64,000 nt of DNA from an uncultured Gammaproteobacteria bacterium (GCA_964500725.1 CAZCNP010000006.1:3634-67633), one strand, 5' to 3'; shown: positions 7,735 through 17,791, counted from the stretch's first letter. Notes: a model not told the origin generated them from the letters alone. Made by a program: numbers and translations.

Positions 7735-9289
7735 CCTTTAGTTGTAAGGTATTATTACCATTGTAGGTATCGAATTCTAAATTAAAAGCTAGGTCTACTG
7801 GTTGGCCAGATTTTAGTGTGGTAATTAAATCTCCCATACTAAAAGCAATAAAATTTATATCATCTGCTTTACCTTTTAGGTGTTTTCCATTTCCTACGGT
7901 CCTCGAATCTGCTATATGCATATTCTTGATTACAAAAACAGGTCTTTTATTGCCAAAGCCGAAGGGCTCAAGTTTAGCTAAATCAGAAACTAATTTTTTT
8001 GTAAGACTTTTGCTATCAACCTCAGCATCAATTTCTAAAACTCTCTCCTCTACTGGTAAATCAATTACAACCTTTTCCAACCTTTGTTTAAATACCTCTA
8101 TATGCTCTCTTAAAATAGAAAACCCTGCTGCTCCAGGATGACCTCCCACATCTATTAAAATATCAGAATGAGTCCTAATCATTTCAACAATATTTACTCC
8201 ATCAACCGAACGGGCAGAACCTTTACAGACTTCTTTTCCAAGAGAAATAGCAATTGCTGGACGGGAATATTCTTCGCAAACCTTTCCTGCAATCAAACCA
8301 ATTATTCCTGATGACCATTCTTTACTGGCTAAGACGTGAATCTTCTTTTCAGTATCAATAAATGTTTTTGCTTGCTCATAAGCTTCTGTTGTCATTTTTT
8401 GGCGGGTAGTATTAGTCTCACTTAGAAGCTGCGCCAATCTCTTTGCTTTGAATGGGTCTTTTGTGCAAAGCAGTCTTAAGGAATCTATCGCATGCTCCAA
8501 CCTCCCCATGGCATTTAACCTAGGTCCTATTATGTAACCTATTTCAAAAGAACCTATATCTCCAACTTTTACTCCTGCCTGATTAAGAAGCGCCAACAAT
8601 CCCAAATTAGCAGTTTTATTTAAAACCTTTAAACCCTCATATACAAATGCCCTACCTAAACCTACCAAAGGAATTAAATCGCAAACTGTAGCAATTGCCA
8701 CAAACTGCAAAAACTCCTCTTGCAGATCTTTTTTAATTAAATCCTTTATCAAACACCAAGCAACTCCAGCACCACACATTTTAGTTGAATGAACTATTGT
8801 AAAAGCTTCAGGCTTTTCTTTTTCTGGAATATGATGATCAGTGATGATTAAATCAATTTGCAAACTCTTGGCATATTTTGCGCTCTCAAAAGCCACAATG
8901 CCATTATCTACAGTAATTAAAACTGTGGCTCCATTATTTTTGGCAAAATCTATACCTATATTTGATAGCCCATACCCTTCTTTTTCTCTATGAGGAATAT
9001 ACGGCAGTACTTTTGCCCCAATTGATGTTATTCCTTTATACAAGATTGCAGAAGCACAAATTCCATCAGCATCATAATCTCCAAAAATTACAATAAGCTC
9101 TTCTTTTTGTATTGCCTTTAATATTCTTTTATGCGCTTGTTCAAGATTAGGAATCTGTAATTCCTCAGTATAATCCGAAATCCTTGGATAGAAAAATCTT
9201 TCCTGATCCTTCTTTGTTATTATTCCACGATTAATTAATAGCTGTTTTATTAAATCATCATTTTTCTTCGGTACTACTTTCCATTTCAT
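7712..9289 (-). CDS. recJ: single-stranded-DNA-specific exonuclease RecJ (DHH/DHHA1)
   Basis: DHH motifs (VIFGDYDADG, ITDHH) and DHHA1 GGHPGAAGFS. Confidence 0.85.
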   Translation of the reverse strand: MKWKVVPKKNDDLIKQLLINRGIITKKDQERFFYPRISDYTEELQIPNLEQAHKRILKAIQKEELIVIFGDYDADGICASAILYKGITSIGAKVLPYIPHREKEGYGLSNIGIDFAKNNGATVLITVDNGIVAFESAKYAKSLQIDLIITDHHIPEKEKPEAFTIVHSTKMCGAGVAWCLIKDLIKKDLQEEFLQFVAIATVCDLIPLVGLGRAFVYEGLKVLNKTANLGLLALLNQAGVKVGDIGSFEIGYIIGPRLNAMGRLEHAIDSLRLLCTKDPFKAKRLAQLLSETNTTRQKMTTEAYEQAKTFIDTEKKIHVLASKEWSSGIIGLIAGKVCEEYSRPAIAISLGKEVCKGSARSVDGVNIVEMIRTHSDILIDVGGHPGAAGFSILREHIEVFKQRLEKVVIDLPVEERVLEIDAEVDSKSLTKKLVSDLAKLEPFGFGNKRPVFVIKNMHIADSRTVGNGKHLKGKADDINFIAFSMGDLITTLKSGQPVDLAFNLEFDTYNGNNTLQLKVKDLKLA

Positions 9290-9341
9290 ATTACAAGGGA
9301 TACAATAACATCATGAATTATATCGCGTAGCGATACAAGAA

Positions 9342-10691
9342 GTGAATGATGAAATCATGAACGATTATACACTACCCAATGAGGTAAAAAATATTCTAGG
9401 AAAATTCAAAAAAGCAAAATTCCAAATCTATATTGTGGGAGGGGCGGTTCGTGACCTTTTGATGAAAAGAGAAGTAAATGATTGGGATTTTACTACAGAT
9501 GCCAAACCTGAGGAGATTTTAAAAATATTACCCAATGGCTTCTATGATAATAAATTTGGCACAGTTGGCCTAGAAAGCAAATTAGGAATTTTAGAAATTA
9601 CTACAATGAGAAAAGAAGGTCAATATAAAGACCATCGTCACCCAACAGAAATTGGCTGGACAAATAAAGTTGAGGAAGATTTAGCCCGAAGGGATTTTAC
9701 TATCAATGCTATCGCCCTTTCAGCTAATAATCAATTGGTTGATCCTTTTAATGGATTAAATGATATCAACAATAAAATAGTCAAAGCTGTAGGCAAACCT
9801 GTCAAACGGTTTGAGGAAGATGCGCTGCGTTTAATACGAGCTATCCGGATTGCCACCCAATTAGAGTTTGAAATAGAAGCAGATACCTTTCAAGCCATAA
9901 TAAAAAATGCTGAGTTAATCAAAGAAATCGCCTGGGAAAGAATTCGAGATGAGCTGTTTAAACTACTTTCATCTGATTACCCCTACCAAGGAATAATTAA
10001 ATTAAAAGAAGCAGGACTTTTGCAGATTATCTTACCTGAGGTAGAAAAATGTTTTGGTATTGTCCAAGAAGGGCCCAGACATGATCGAACTTACGATATT
10101 GGAATACACAGCCTACTTGCTTTAAAATATACTCCCTCTACTGATCCACTAGTAAGACTGGCTGCGCTTTTGCATGATATTGGCAAGGTTGATACTGTCA
10201 AAACTGATTCAACTGGCAATGTCACTTTTTATAATCATGACGTAGCTGGTGGAAAATTAAGTTTAGAAATTGCCAAAAGGTTTAATCTATCAAAAAAACA
10301 AACTGATAAATTATACCGCCTGGTTAGATGGCATCTGTTTACAGTAGATGAAAACCAAACTGACTCTGCCATTAGAAGATTTATTAAAAACGTAGGCATA
10401 GAAAATATTGAAGACATGATGGCAGTAAGGGTTGGCGATAGGTTAGGCGGCGGTACTCAAAAGGCTGTTTCTTGGAGAATGGAAAAATTTGAGCAGAGAA
10501 TTAAAGAGGTCTTAAAAAAACCCTTTTCTATTTCTGATTTAAAAATTAATGGCAATGATGTAATGCAAGCTTTGGAAATAAAATCTGGGCCTAAAGTTGG
10601 TAAAATTTTGCAAAAACTTTTTGATGAAGTATTAGAGGATGCATCAAAAAATAATCGGGAGTACATGCTTCAAAGAATCAAAACAATCTAA
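9342..10691 (+). CDS. cca: CCA-adding tRNA nucleotidyltransferase with HD domain
   Basis: Pol-beta NTase head IYIVGGAVRDLL and HD motif LLHDIGK. ATG at 9357 is an alternative to the GTG at 9342. Confidence 0.85.
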   Translation: MNDEIMNDYTLPNEVKNILGKFKKAKFQIYIVGGAVRDLLMKREVNDWDFTTDAKPEEILKILPNGFYDNKFGTVGLESKLGILEITTMRKEGQYKDHRHPTEIGWTNKVEEDLARRDFTINAIALSANNQLVDPFNGLNDINNKIVKAVGKPVKRFEEDALRLIRAIRIATQLEFEIEADTFQAIIKNAELIKEIAWERIRDELFKLLSSDYPYQGIIKLKEAGLLQIILPEVEKCFGIVQEGPRHDRTYDIGIHSLLALKYTPSTDPLVRLAALLHDIGKVDTVKTDSTGNVTFYNHDVAGGKLSLEIAKRFNLSKKQTDKLYRLVRWHLFTVDENQTDSAIRRFIKNVGIENIEDMMAVRVGDRLGGGTQKAVSWRMEKFEQRIKEVLKKPFSISDLKINGNDVMQALEIKSGPKVGKILQKLFDEVLEDASKNNREYMLQRIKTI

Positions 10692-10693
10692 AC

Positions 10694-11578
10694 TCAATGT
10701 CCTAACTTCTCTTCCCACCAAACAAGCATGGCTGTAGCATTAAAAATTGAAGAATAAGTACCAGAAATTATCCCTATTAAAAGCGCTATTACAAACCATC
10801 TTAAAGTGTCTCCGCCAAATAAAAGCAGTGCTAGCAACACAAACACAACTGTAAGAGAGGTGTTTAAAGACCTACCCAACGTTTGAACTACAGACAAGTT
10901 AGCAACATCGATAAATTTTTTACCTATATGCTTAGTTAAATTTTCTCTAACCCTATCAAAAACAACAATAGTATCATGAACCGAAAAACCAATAATTGTC
11001 AAAAGAGCTGTAACAAAAAGCGTATCTACTTCCACCCCAAATAATTTTCCAAATATGGCAAAGGCCCCAACTATTACTAAAATATCATGAATTAATGCTA
11101 CAACTGCAGTAATGCCAAATCTCCAAGAAGCGGTTGGTTTAGGTATTTTTCTAAAAGAGTAAGCAATATACAAAACAATTACCAAAGAAGCTAAACCTAT
11201 TGCTAAAATAGCTTTTTGCCTAAGCTCAGAGCCAACAACTGGGCCTACAAACTCCACTCTTCTTTCCTCCACTTTACCTAATTTGCTATTTAAATAAGCT
11301 TTTAATTTATTTATTTTTTCTTGCTCTACAGGCTTTGTTCTAATTATATAAACATTATCCGTAGAGGGTGTTATTGTGCCTACCTCAATTCCCTGAGAAG
11401 AAACTTGTTGTTTTAAATCATCTATATTAATTTTTTTATCAAATTTATACTCAAGTAGCGCTCCTCCGGTAAAATCTATCCCTAACCGAAGCCCAGAAGT
11501 AATTAAAAAATATAATCCGGGCAAAATAATCAGTAAAGAGAAAATAAAATACCAACCTTTATATTTCATTAAATTCAT
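10694..11578 (-). CDS. secF: protein translocase subunit SecF
   Basis: GIDFTGG motif and six TM helices. Confidence 0.85.
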   Translation of the reverse strand: MNLMKYKGWYFIFSLLIILPGLYFLITSGLRLGIDFTGGALLEYKFDKKINIDDLKQQVSSQGIEVGTITPSTDNVYIIRTKPVEQEKINKLKAYLNSKLGKVEERRVEFVGPVVGSELRQKAILAIGLASLVIVLYIAYSFRKIPKPTASWRFGITAVVALIHDILVIVGAFAIFGKLFGVEVDTLFVTALLTIIGFSVHDTIVVFDRVRENLTKHIGKKFIDVANLSVVQTLGRSLNTSLTVVFVLLALLLFGGDTLRWFVIALLIGIISGTYSSIFNATAMLVWWEEKLGH

Positions 11579-11592
11579 CTTTTAGACTCCTT

Positions 11593-11943
11593 TCACTTAT
11601 TAGAATGCTTATTTCTACTCGCTTGCTTAAAAGATTTCTTAATATCCGTATGCAACTCACTTTTCAAATCTTCAGCTACTTTTTTAATTTTATCTTCAAT
11701 ATTATTAATTTTATCACTTAAAAATTTCCAAGTCTGTTGATGATCATCCTGGCTTAGATGCTGCACAAAAACTCTTTTATCGCTATCTGAAAGCTCGGAA
11801 AAAATAGCATCCAAAATAGTATGGTGGATATTTGAATCTACCAGATGAGCAAGATGTTTCTTTTGCTCTGGTGGCAAACTCAATTTATCAAGTTCTATAA
11901 TAATTGATTCAGACTCTATTAAATGTGTGTAAAAATATTTCAT
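11593..11943 (-). CDS. hypothetical protein (116 aa) inserted between secD and secF
   Basis: ORF only; charged/helical C-terminus. Confidence 0.4.
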   Translation of the reverse strand: MKYFYTHLIESESIIIELDKLSLPPEQKKHLAHLVDSNIHHTILDAIFSELSDSDKRVFVQHLSQDDHQQTWKFLSDKINNIEDKIKKVAEDLKSELHTDIKKSFKQASRNKHSNK

Positions 11944-12812
11944 GCTTGTGATTTTACCTTTACTGGTCCCAAAGGAATTTTATCCTCTGGGTCGTCAATA
12001 AAAAAATATAATACTGCTCCTTTTCTAGGACCCTCCGCAAGTCCTAATATATCCATTACTTCTGGTGACCCTCCTAAATGTTTTCCTGTCCAATCAGTAG
12101 GTCCTGCATCACCAACAACAGCCACAACAGCCTGACCAGTCTTTGGATTTACCACGAGCATTTTTCGAAATTTATAGAAATCTCGAAACTTATTAAAATT
12201 TTCTGCAAATCCAGGAGATAAGAACGTTTGCACAGCTAAATAATAGCGTTCTTTAAGTTTGTCTTTTTCGCTAAAAGTCTCTTTTGTTGGGGCAAAATAA
12301 CCCCAAGCGCCCAAACCAGAGGCAATACCAGCATCAGAATATTTGGCAAAATCTGAAGTCGTATCAGCATGAGCATATAAATTATCACCCGGGTATCTGT
12401 ATAAATGCTGTTCACCTCCAATTAAACCATAATTCCTATTAAGTCTTATACCCCTTATTTCTGCTTCTACCTTAAAACCAAAATTACTAGATAACATATC
12501 AACAATTTCCTTTTCTTCTAATAAATTAAGAGGCCTTACTTCCTTAGGTAATTCATCCGATAAAGCTTGAGCCAGCAGTATATTTTGGTCATAGCCTTTT
12601 AAAGCATCATCACGGCTGACAAGCAAATTTGGAGCTGGCAACTGCTTAGGAACTGACAAAGAGAGCAAAACTAGTCCTCCCAAAGAACCAAGGGCCATCT
12701 GTTTCAAAGAATTCCCATGCTTTTCCCAAAACTTATTTTGGGAAGAGCTATAACGTTGTGCCCATTTCTTGCTTAAATATTCGTAATGCGGGTTTTTGCT
12801 GGTAAATTGCAT
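11940..12812 (-). CDS. RlpA-like double-psi beta-barrel (DPBB/3D-like) domain protein, secreted/membrane-anchored
   Basis: N-terminal hydrophobic segment. C-terminus VVNPKTGQAVVAVVGDAGPT...GGSPEVMDILGL resembles the RlpA/expansin DPBB signature V.V.DRGP...iDLS...LG. Confidence 0.4.
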   Translation of the reverse strand: MQFTSKNPHYEYLSKKWAQRYSSSQNKFWEKHGNSLKQMALGSLGGLVLLSLSVPKQLPAPNLLVSRDDALKGYDQNILLAQALSDELPKEVRPLNLLEEKEIVDMLSSNFGFKVEAEIRGIRLNRNYGLIGGEQHLYRYPGDNLYAHADTTSDFAKYSDAGIASGLGAWGYFAPTKETFSEKDKLKERYYLAVQTFLSPGFAENFNKFRDFYKFRKMLVVNPKTGQAVVAVVGDAGPTDWTGKHLGGSPEVMDILGLAEGPRKGAVLYFFIDDPEDKIPLGPVKVKSQA

Positions 12813-12823
12813 TTAATTTTTCC

Positions 12824-14167
12824 TTACTTGATCAGTAACTTTAAAAATGTTCTAGTCACAACATAACTTGTAAACATTGAAACCATGACCCCAATTGCTA
12901 AAGTTACAGCAAATCCCCGAATTAAGGATGTACCCATTATATATAAAATAAGTGCAGTAATAAGCGAGGATACATTTGATGCCCAAATGGATGACCAGGC
13001 TCTTTTAAACCCCAGATCTAAAGCTAAAGCTTGACTCTTACCCCACCGAATTTCTTCTTTCATTCTTTCAAAAATTAAGATATTGGCATCTACAGCCATT
13101 CCAATTGATAAAATAAAACCGGCGATTCCTGCTAAAGTTAAGGTAAACTGCAGCTGTGGAATGAAAAAACCAGTCTTAAAAATTGCCAGCACCAGAAGGG
13201 TATAGATAATTAAAGCTGCATCTGCCACCAACCCTAAGAAACCGTAATATACTGCCATATAAGAAACAACCACAAAAAGCCCAATCGCTCCTGCTATCAA
13301 GCTTTTATCTATGGATTCCTGGCCTAAGGTTGGACCGATAAAGCGCTGATTTATTAATTGAATTGGCACAGGCAATGCCCCAGCATTTAATTCTATTGCT
13401 AGGCTCTTAGCCTCCTCCAAGGTAAACTGGCCAGTTATTACAGCATTTCCACCAGCGATTTCCTGCTGAACAGTAGGCGCAGAAATTGGTTGATTATCTA
13501 AAAATATTGCCAAAGGTTTGCCAATATTCCTTTTGGTAATCTCAGCAAATTTTTTACTGCCTTCAGCAGTAAATTCAATCCCCACTTGCGGTCCTACTTT
13601 AGCTCCTTGTCCTGAATCAAAAGTTACCTGAGCTTTTTTTAGATCTGCTCCAGTAAGCCCAGTTGGTCTTGCAAATAAAATCACCGGCGCGCCTGATTTA
13701 GTAGCTTCAATCTGCTCATCAGTTAACTTATCAGGCATTTCTCTAAAATCCAATTGGGCAGTTTTTCCAACCAAACTTGCAGCAGAGGATGCATCTTTTA
13801 CTCCTGGCAACTCTACCAGAATTCTTCTTTGCTGACCTATCTTAGATGTCTGCACAACAGCTTCCGATACTCCATATAAATTAACTCTCCGCTCTATTAC
13901 GCTTCTTGCTGATTCTAAAGCGCTATCCCTATTTGGGAGTTCAATCTTGTCCATTTGTGTCTCTAAAATCAGTTCTGTTCCGCCTTGTAAGTCCAAGCCT
14001 AACTTTAAAGGAAATAGGCCAAAAATATTAATCTCTTTACCAAATGCAAAAATTGAGGGTAGCTGCTTAAATTTTGGAATATCTATCCATATGGCTAGGG
14101 TAGTTAGCAAGAGGATTACCCAAATTAGAATACGTGACTGCATGAAAAGATTATATACCAGCAGCAA
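12824..14167 (-). CDS. secD: protein translocase subunit SecD
   Basis: GLDLQGG motif and C-terminal SecD/F TM bundle. Confidence 0.85.
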   Translation of the reverse strand: MLLVYNLFMQSRILIWVILLLTTLAIWIDIPKFKQLPSIFAFGKEINIFGLFPLKLGLDLQGGTELILETQMDKIELPNRDSALESARSVIERRVNLYGVSEAVVQTSKIGQQRRILVELPGVKDASSAASLVGKTAQLDFREMPDKLTDEQIEATKSGAPVILFARPTGLTGADLKKAQVTFDSGQGAKVGPQVGIEFTAEGSKKFAEITKRNIGKPLAIFLDNQPISAPTVQQEIAGGNAVITGQFTLEEAKSLAIELNAGALPVPIQLINQRFIGPTLGQESIDKSLIAGAIGLFVVVSYMAVYYGFLGLVADAALIIYTLLVLAIFKTGFFIPQLQFTLTLAGIAGFILSIGMAVDANILIFERMKEEIRWGKSQALALDLGFKRAWSSIWASNVSSLITALILYIMGTSLIRGFAVTLAIGVMVSMFTSYVVTRTFLKLLIK

Positions 14168-14168
14168 C

Positions 14169-14759
14169 CTAAATTACCACGCTGGAAAGCAGATCTTCCT
14201 CATCTCCTATAATCATTATCTTAGGCTGGGTAATAACTCGCAAAATAAAAGGGTCGCGCCTTTTTACTCTAAAATTAAATTCTGCTTCATCCATAAAAGA
14301 ATAGTTTATTTCATTTTCTCGCCTGACTTGCTCATCAGCAATGATAGCTTGTAGTTCTGGTAAAACTATCTGGCCAACTACCAAAAGATCTACATTATCA
14401 GATTGCATAGACATATTTTTAAGATAACGGGTAGCAATCATGGCATATTTAATACGACCTAACTTTCCCTTATTTTTGATAATTGTTCCGCCCAACCCAG
14501 TTGATTTGGATACTAAGCTTAGTAATTCGTGATAATAGACGTAATCTTTACGAAATCGATAAAGCCTACGGTTTGCCCTCCATTCAGAAGAAACCATGCC
14601 ATATTTTTCCATTCTAGCAAGCTCACGCCTAACAGCATTAATTTCTTCATCAACCCTTCTAACAATTTCACGAACATGAAAAAGTACATCAATAGGTGAA
14701 GATAAAAAAAGTTGTAATATTTTTACCCGGACTCTTGAGACAAAAAGTTCCTCAAGCAT
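14169..14759 (-). CDS. hypothetical protein, possible winged-helix N-terminal domain
   Basis: REIVRRVDEEINAVRRELARMEKYGMV looks like a wHTH recognition region. No firm family assignment. Confidence 0.3.
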   Translation of the reverse strand: MLEELFVSRVRVKILQLFLSSPIDVLFHVREIVRRVDEEINAVRRELARMEKYGMVSSEWRANRRLYRFRKDYVYYHELLSLVSKSTGLGGTIIKNKGKLGRIKYAMIATRYLKNMSMQSDNVDLLVVGQIVLPELQAIIADEQVRRENEINYSFMDEAEFNFRVKRRDPFILRVITQPKIMIIGDEEDLLSSVVI

Positions 14760-14789
14760 ATTAATCCTCCTTTCCGGGCAGAGTTTTTC

Positions 14790-15971
14790 TTAGTAACTTA
14801 CCTTTGATCCCTCTGGGACGGTTTGGACCCAAATCTGACCTCTGTTAAATTCTAACTCCTTACCATTCTTATCTGTAAACTTGCTCCTTGCAGTTCTAGA
14901 AAGCTTACTCCACTTACCTTCTATCACATTACCATCTTGGAAAATTAAAGCCTTACCGCTTCCTTTTGTTCCGTAAAGAAGATGAACATTTCCTGGATAA
15001 CCGTCATTTGCATTAGATTCCCTCTGAAACTGGATAATTACAACTTTTGCGTCAAGTTGAGCTTTATTATTTAAATCTGTATGCGCAGACCCTCCGTTCT
15101 TTCTTTTATAGGAGTTAGCAGCAGAATCATAACTCCAAACAACTTCATAACCTGACTGGGATTCCCAAAAAGCAACTTTAATATTATTGGTTGTACCACC
15201 CGCTTTATCATCCTTAAATTTCCAAGGAACAAACTCTTCATCCCACCTTATTCCTGCTGAATCCGTTGCTGTCCAACCTCGTTTCGCTCCAACTTGCCAG
15301 AGCTTGGCAGTAGTAGAATACATTGTGTGCTCTGTAGCAACCGGATGGCCAAGCCTTTGGTAATCTCTCCAGAAAACTGGAAAACCAATACTAAATTGGT
15401 TTAAGTCTTTGACCTCATATTTTATGATCTGGCCTAAAGAATCAGCGGGACCAGGAGTATTTGCTCCTCCAACATGAGCATACAAACCATCATATTCTCC
15501 TAACCAATCAAGAAAGTATGTTCGAGCTGATCTAACTGGCCCAACTTGAACGTCAGCCAGATTACAGTAGAATAGAGCCATAAACCTAGTAATACCACCT
15601 TCTGCGACTGCTTCGTATACAATATCAGCTGAAGATAATCCTGATTGAGGCCTTGACTCTTTATGATTCTCAATCATGACAGCCAAAGGTCTTCTCTTAT
15701 TCCAAAAGTCTGCTGCTTTCTTAGTATGCTTGCTACCGTTTAACGGGCAACTTTCTGTTTTTGGTTCGTTTGGATCTTCAACTAAAGCATTAGAAGGGGT
15801 TGGTAATGATGAGATTAAATCAGCCTTACCAGCTGGGGTCTGACTTACTCCACTCAGTAAAGTATAAGATACGCTGGCTGAGGCACCATATACGACAACC
15901 CCCAATATAATTAAAGTTAGTATTTTTTGTAGTTTAGTTAAACCCCTAAAGATTGTTATAATTTTTTGCAT
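14790..15971 (-). CDS. DUF3048 (YerB-like) domain protein, secreted/lipoprotein-like
   Basis: N-terminal TM/signal. PLAVMIENHKESRPQSGLSSADIVYEAVAEGGITRFMALF matches the DUF3048 core as recalled from memory. Confidence 0.55.
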   Translation of the reverse strand: MQKIITIFRGLTKLQKILTLIILGVVVYGASASVSYTLLSGVSQTPAGKADLISSLPTPSNALVEDPNEPKTESCPLNGSKHTKKAADFWNKRRPLAVMIENHKESRPQSGLSSADIVYEAVAEGGITRFMALFYCNLADVQVGPVRSARTYFLDWLGEYDGLYAHVGGANTPGPADSLGQIIKYEVKDLNQFSIGFPVFWRDYQRLGHPVATEHTMYSTTAKLWQVGAKRGWTATDSAGIRWDEEFVPWKFKDDKAGGTTNNIKVAFWESQSGYEVVWSYDSAANSYKRKNGGSAHTDLNNKAQLDAKVVIIQFQRESNANDGYPGNVHLLYGTKGSGKALIFQDGNVIEGKWSKLSRTARSKFTDKNGKELEFNRGQIWVQTVPEGSKVSY

Positions 15972-15975
15972 TATT

Positions 15976-16449
15976 TTAGTTATTAACCATTGCTTTTTTG
16001 ATTACTAATTCCTCTTCTTTTGATAACTGATACCTCGTACTCTTACCAAAGCTTATCTCCTTGCTAAACATTCTTGTTCCTGACCGGGCATGCAAGCTGG
16101 TTATCACAACTCCACTTCCTTCTTTATTAAGCAAACACAAAGTAAAGCTTTGGTCTCCCCCAGTGTCATTATAAGGATTGTAACGCAAAAGTTCCACTCT
16201 TTGTATATGCTGCAATCCTTGTTGTCTAATTACCTCAAGCCCTTCTCCTAAATCATTAAGCTCACTTTTAAAACTTGCCACCGTCTCTATTATCTCTGTA
16301 AGCTTTTTTCTAAAATCTCTTTCCCCTGATTTAGGCAAAAGGATTTTAAAAAACTTATTTTGCTTTCTAGTAGTATAAGTTAAACCCACCAGCCAAATAA
16401 AAACTGCCGCTATCGCAACTATAGCGAAAACGGCCCCATCCGAATACAT
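15976..16449 (-). CDS. DUF4446-like small membrane-anchored protein
   Basis: N-terminal TM. YNPYNDTGGDQSFTLCLLNKEGSGVVITSLHARSG resembles DUF4446 as recalled from memory. Confidence 0.45.
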   Translation of the reverse strand: MYSDGAVFAIVAIAAVFIWLVGLTYTTRKQNKFFKILLPKSGERDFRKKLTEIIETVASFKSELNDLGEGLEVIRQQGLQHIQRVELLRYNPYNDTGGDQSFTLCLLNKEGSGVVITSLHARSGTRMFSKEISFGKSTRYQLSKEEELVIKKAMVNN

Positions 16450-16498
16450 ATGTTACTCTTTGAATATACTTGAAAACTTATTATATTGTCAACTATAT

Positions 16499-17179
16499 CT
16501 ATTCTTCAATATCAGTAAGTATTGTAGTTTTTGCAGGAGATTTAACATAAAAACAGGCGGGGAATTTTTTCTGATCTTTTTCTTCAAGCATTCTTTCAAG
16601 GATATCTCTCTTGCTTTCTCCAAAAACTAAAACTATAAATTCATCAATTTTGTCTAAAGCTTCAATAGTTAAAGTTATTCTACTTCCAAATAACCCATCT
16701 TTATCCTCATATCCTGCTACAAATTTAGTATGGTCATATTCTAAGTCTGGTTTTATACCAGCCGTATGTCCATCTGTTCCAATCCCCATTATTGCTACCT
16801 TTTTTGCAAAATTCTTTATAAAATCCCTAACTACTTTTTCATACTCCACTTGGGTCTCTTTCAAATTTCTATCTCTTAATATTTTAAAAATTGGAATCCC
16901 TGCATTTTCTAAATATCTTGTTAGCCCTGTATTAAAAATCATTTTTTCATTACTATTATCATGCATTTGCTTACCGAACCTCTCATCAATTAAGGCAACT
17001 GCACCAGGTTTTAAAGTGCTATTTTGGGCAATCAATTTATATAATAAACCTGGCGAACTACCTCCTGATAATAATAGCAACGTACCAGAATCTACGCCTT
17101 TTAACACTAGACTTAAAGCTTTTTCCGAAGCTTCTTGTTTATCTTGACACCTGATAATCTTGATATTTTTTCTGTTCAT
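16499..17179 (-). CDS. pgl: 6-phosphogluconolactonase (NagB/RpiA/Pgl fold)
   Basis: 226 aa with IMGIGTDGHTAGI motif typical of Pgl/DevB. Confidence 0.6.
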   Translation of the reverse strand: MNRKNIKIIRCQDKQEASEKALSLVLKGVDSGTLLLLSGGSSPGLLYKLIAQNSTLKPGAVALIDERFGKQMHDNSNEKMIFNTGLTRYLENAGIPIFKILRDRNLKETQVEYEKVVRDFIKNFAKKVAIMGIGTDGHTAGIKPDLEYDHTKFVAGYEDKDGLFGSRITLTIEALDKIDEFIVLVFGESKRDILERMLEEKDQKKFPACFYVKSPAKTTILTDIEE

Positions 17180-17268
17180 ATGTTCTCAATATAACACAAA
17201 ATTATTTTGACCTATAACAATAGGCTTGATTGGTGCTTGACAGGCTCGCTTTCACATGTTAGGCTCAA

Positions 17269-17553
17269 TTGAGCGTCGGTGCTTATATTGTAATGGCTAT
17301 CCAACAAACTAAGAAACAATCAGATTTGGAAAAACGCCTACAGCTGTTACGTAAACAAGTTTATGGCAAAGAATCTTCAAGTCAAAAAAACCACTACTCA
17401 TTTAACTCCTCCAACGAGACAAAAACTAGTGACATTACTTACCTTCGACACGACCTATTCAAAATTCTCACTTTCTCATCTATAGCCATTGGAATTCAAG
17501 TGATATTATTCTTTCTTTTGAAAAATCACATTTTGACTTTAAAACTGTTTTGA
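17269..17553 (+). CDS. hypothetical small protein with C-terminal TM helix
   Basis: Track start is TTG; ATG at 17293 (MAIQQTKK) is more likely. Perfect palindrome GCTCAATTGAGC (17262-17273) sits at or just before the TTG start. Confidence 0.4.
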   Translation: MSVGAYIVMAIQQTKKQSDLEKRLQLLRKQVYGKESSSQKNHYSFNSSNETKTSDITYLRHDLFKILTFSSIAIGIQVILFFLLKNHILTLKLF

Positions 17554-17571
17554 AGGGAGGTGAATTAAATT

Positions 17572-17712
17572 ATGGCACAAATGTATTGTGTTAAATGCCG
17601 CCAAAAAAGAGATGCTGAAAATGTACAAGAGGTAACTATGAAAAATGGTAAAAAAGCCTCAAAAGGTACTTGTCCAGTGTGTAGTACCTCTATGTTTAAA
17701 ATTGGTGGCTAA
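17572..17712 (+). CDS. small zinc-ribbon protein (46 aa, CxxC...CxxC), missing from the ORF track because it is under 60 aa
   Basis: GAAGGGAGGTG RBS, then ATG 17572 and TAA 17710. MAQMYCVKCRQKRDAENVQEVTMKNGKKASKGTCPVCSTSMFKIGG. Followed by a hairpin terminator. Confidence 0.5.
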   Translation: MAQMYCVKCRQKRDAENVQEVTMKNGKKASKGTCPVCSTSMFKIGG

Positions 17713-17751
17713 AAACCTGAATCCCTTAAAGTTTAAGGGATCACCATTTTG

Positions 17752-17789
17752 AAAAATCCCACAACGCCTTAGGCAAAGTGGGATTTTTC
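17752..17789. terminator. bidirectional intrinsic terminator (A-tract/hairpin/T-tract) shared by the zinc-ribbon gene and RNase P RNA
   Basis: AAAAATCCCAC...GTGGGATTTTT 11-bp stem flanked by A- and T-runs. An additional hairpin ATCCCTTAAA-G-TTTAAGGGAT lies at 17721-17741. Confidence 0.6.
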
Positions 17790-17791
17790 GT

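Noticed and set aside
16611-17147. Plus-strand 178-aa ORF
   Set aside because: Completely antisense to the 6-phosphogluconolactonase gene. Ser/Leu/Pro-rich low-complexity translation.
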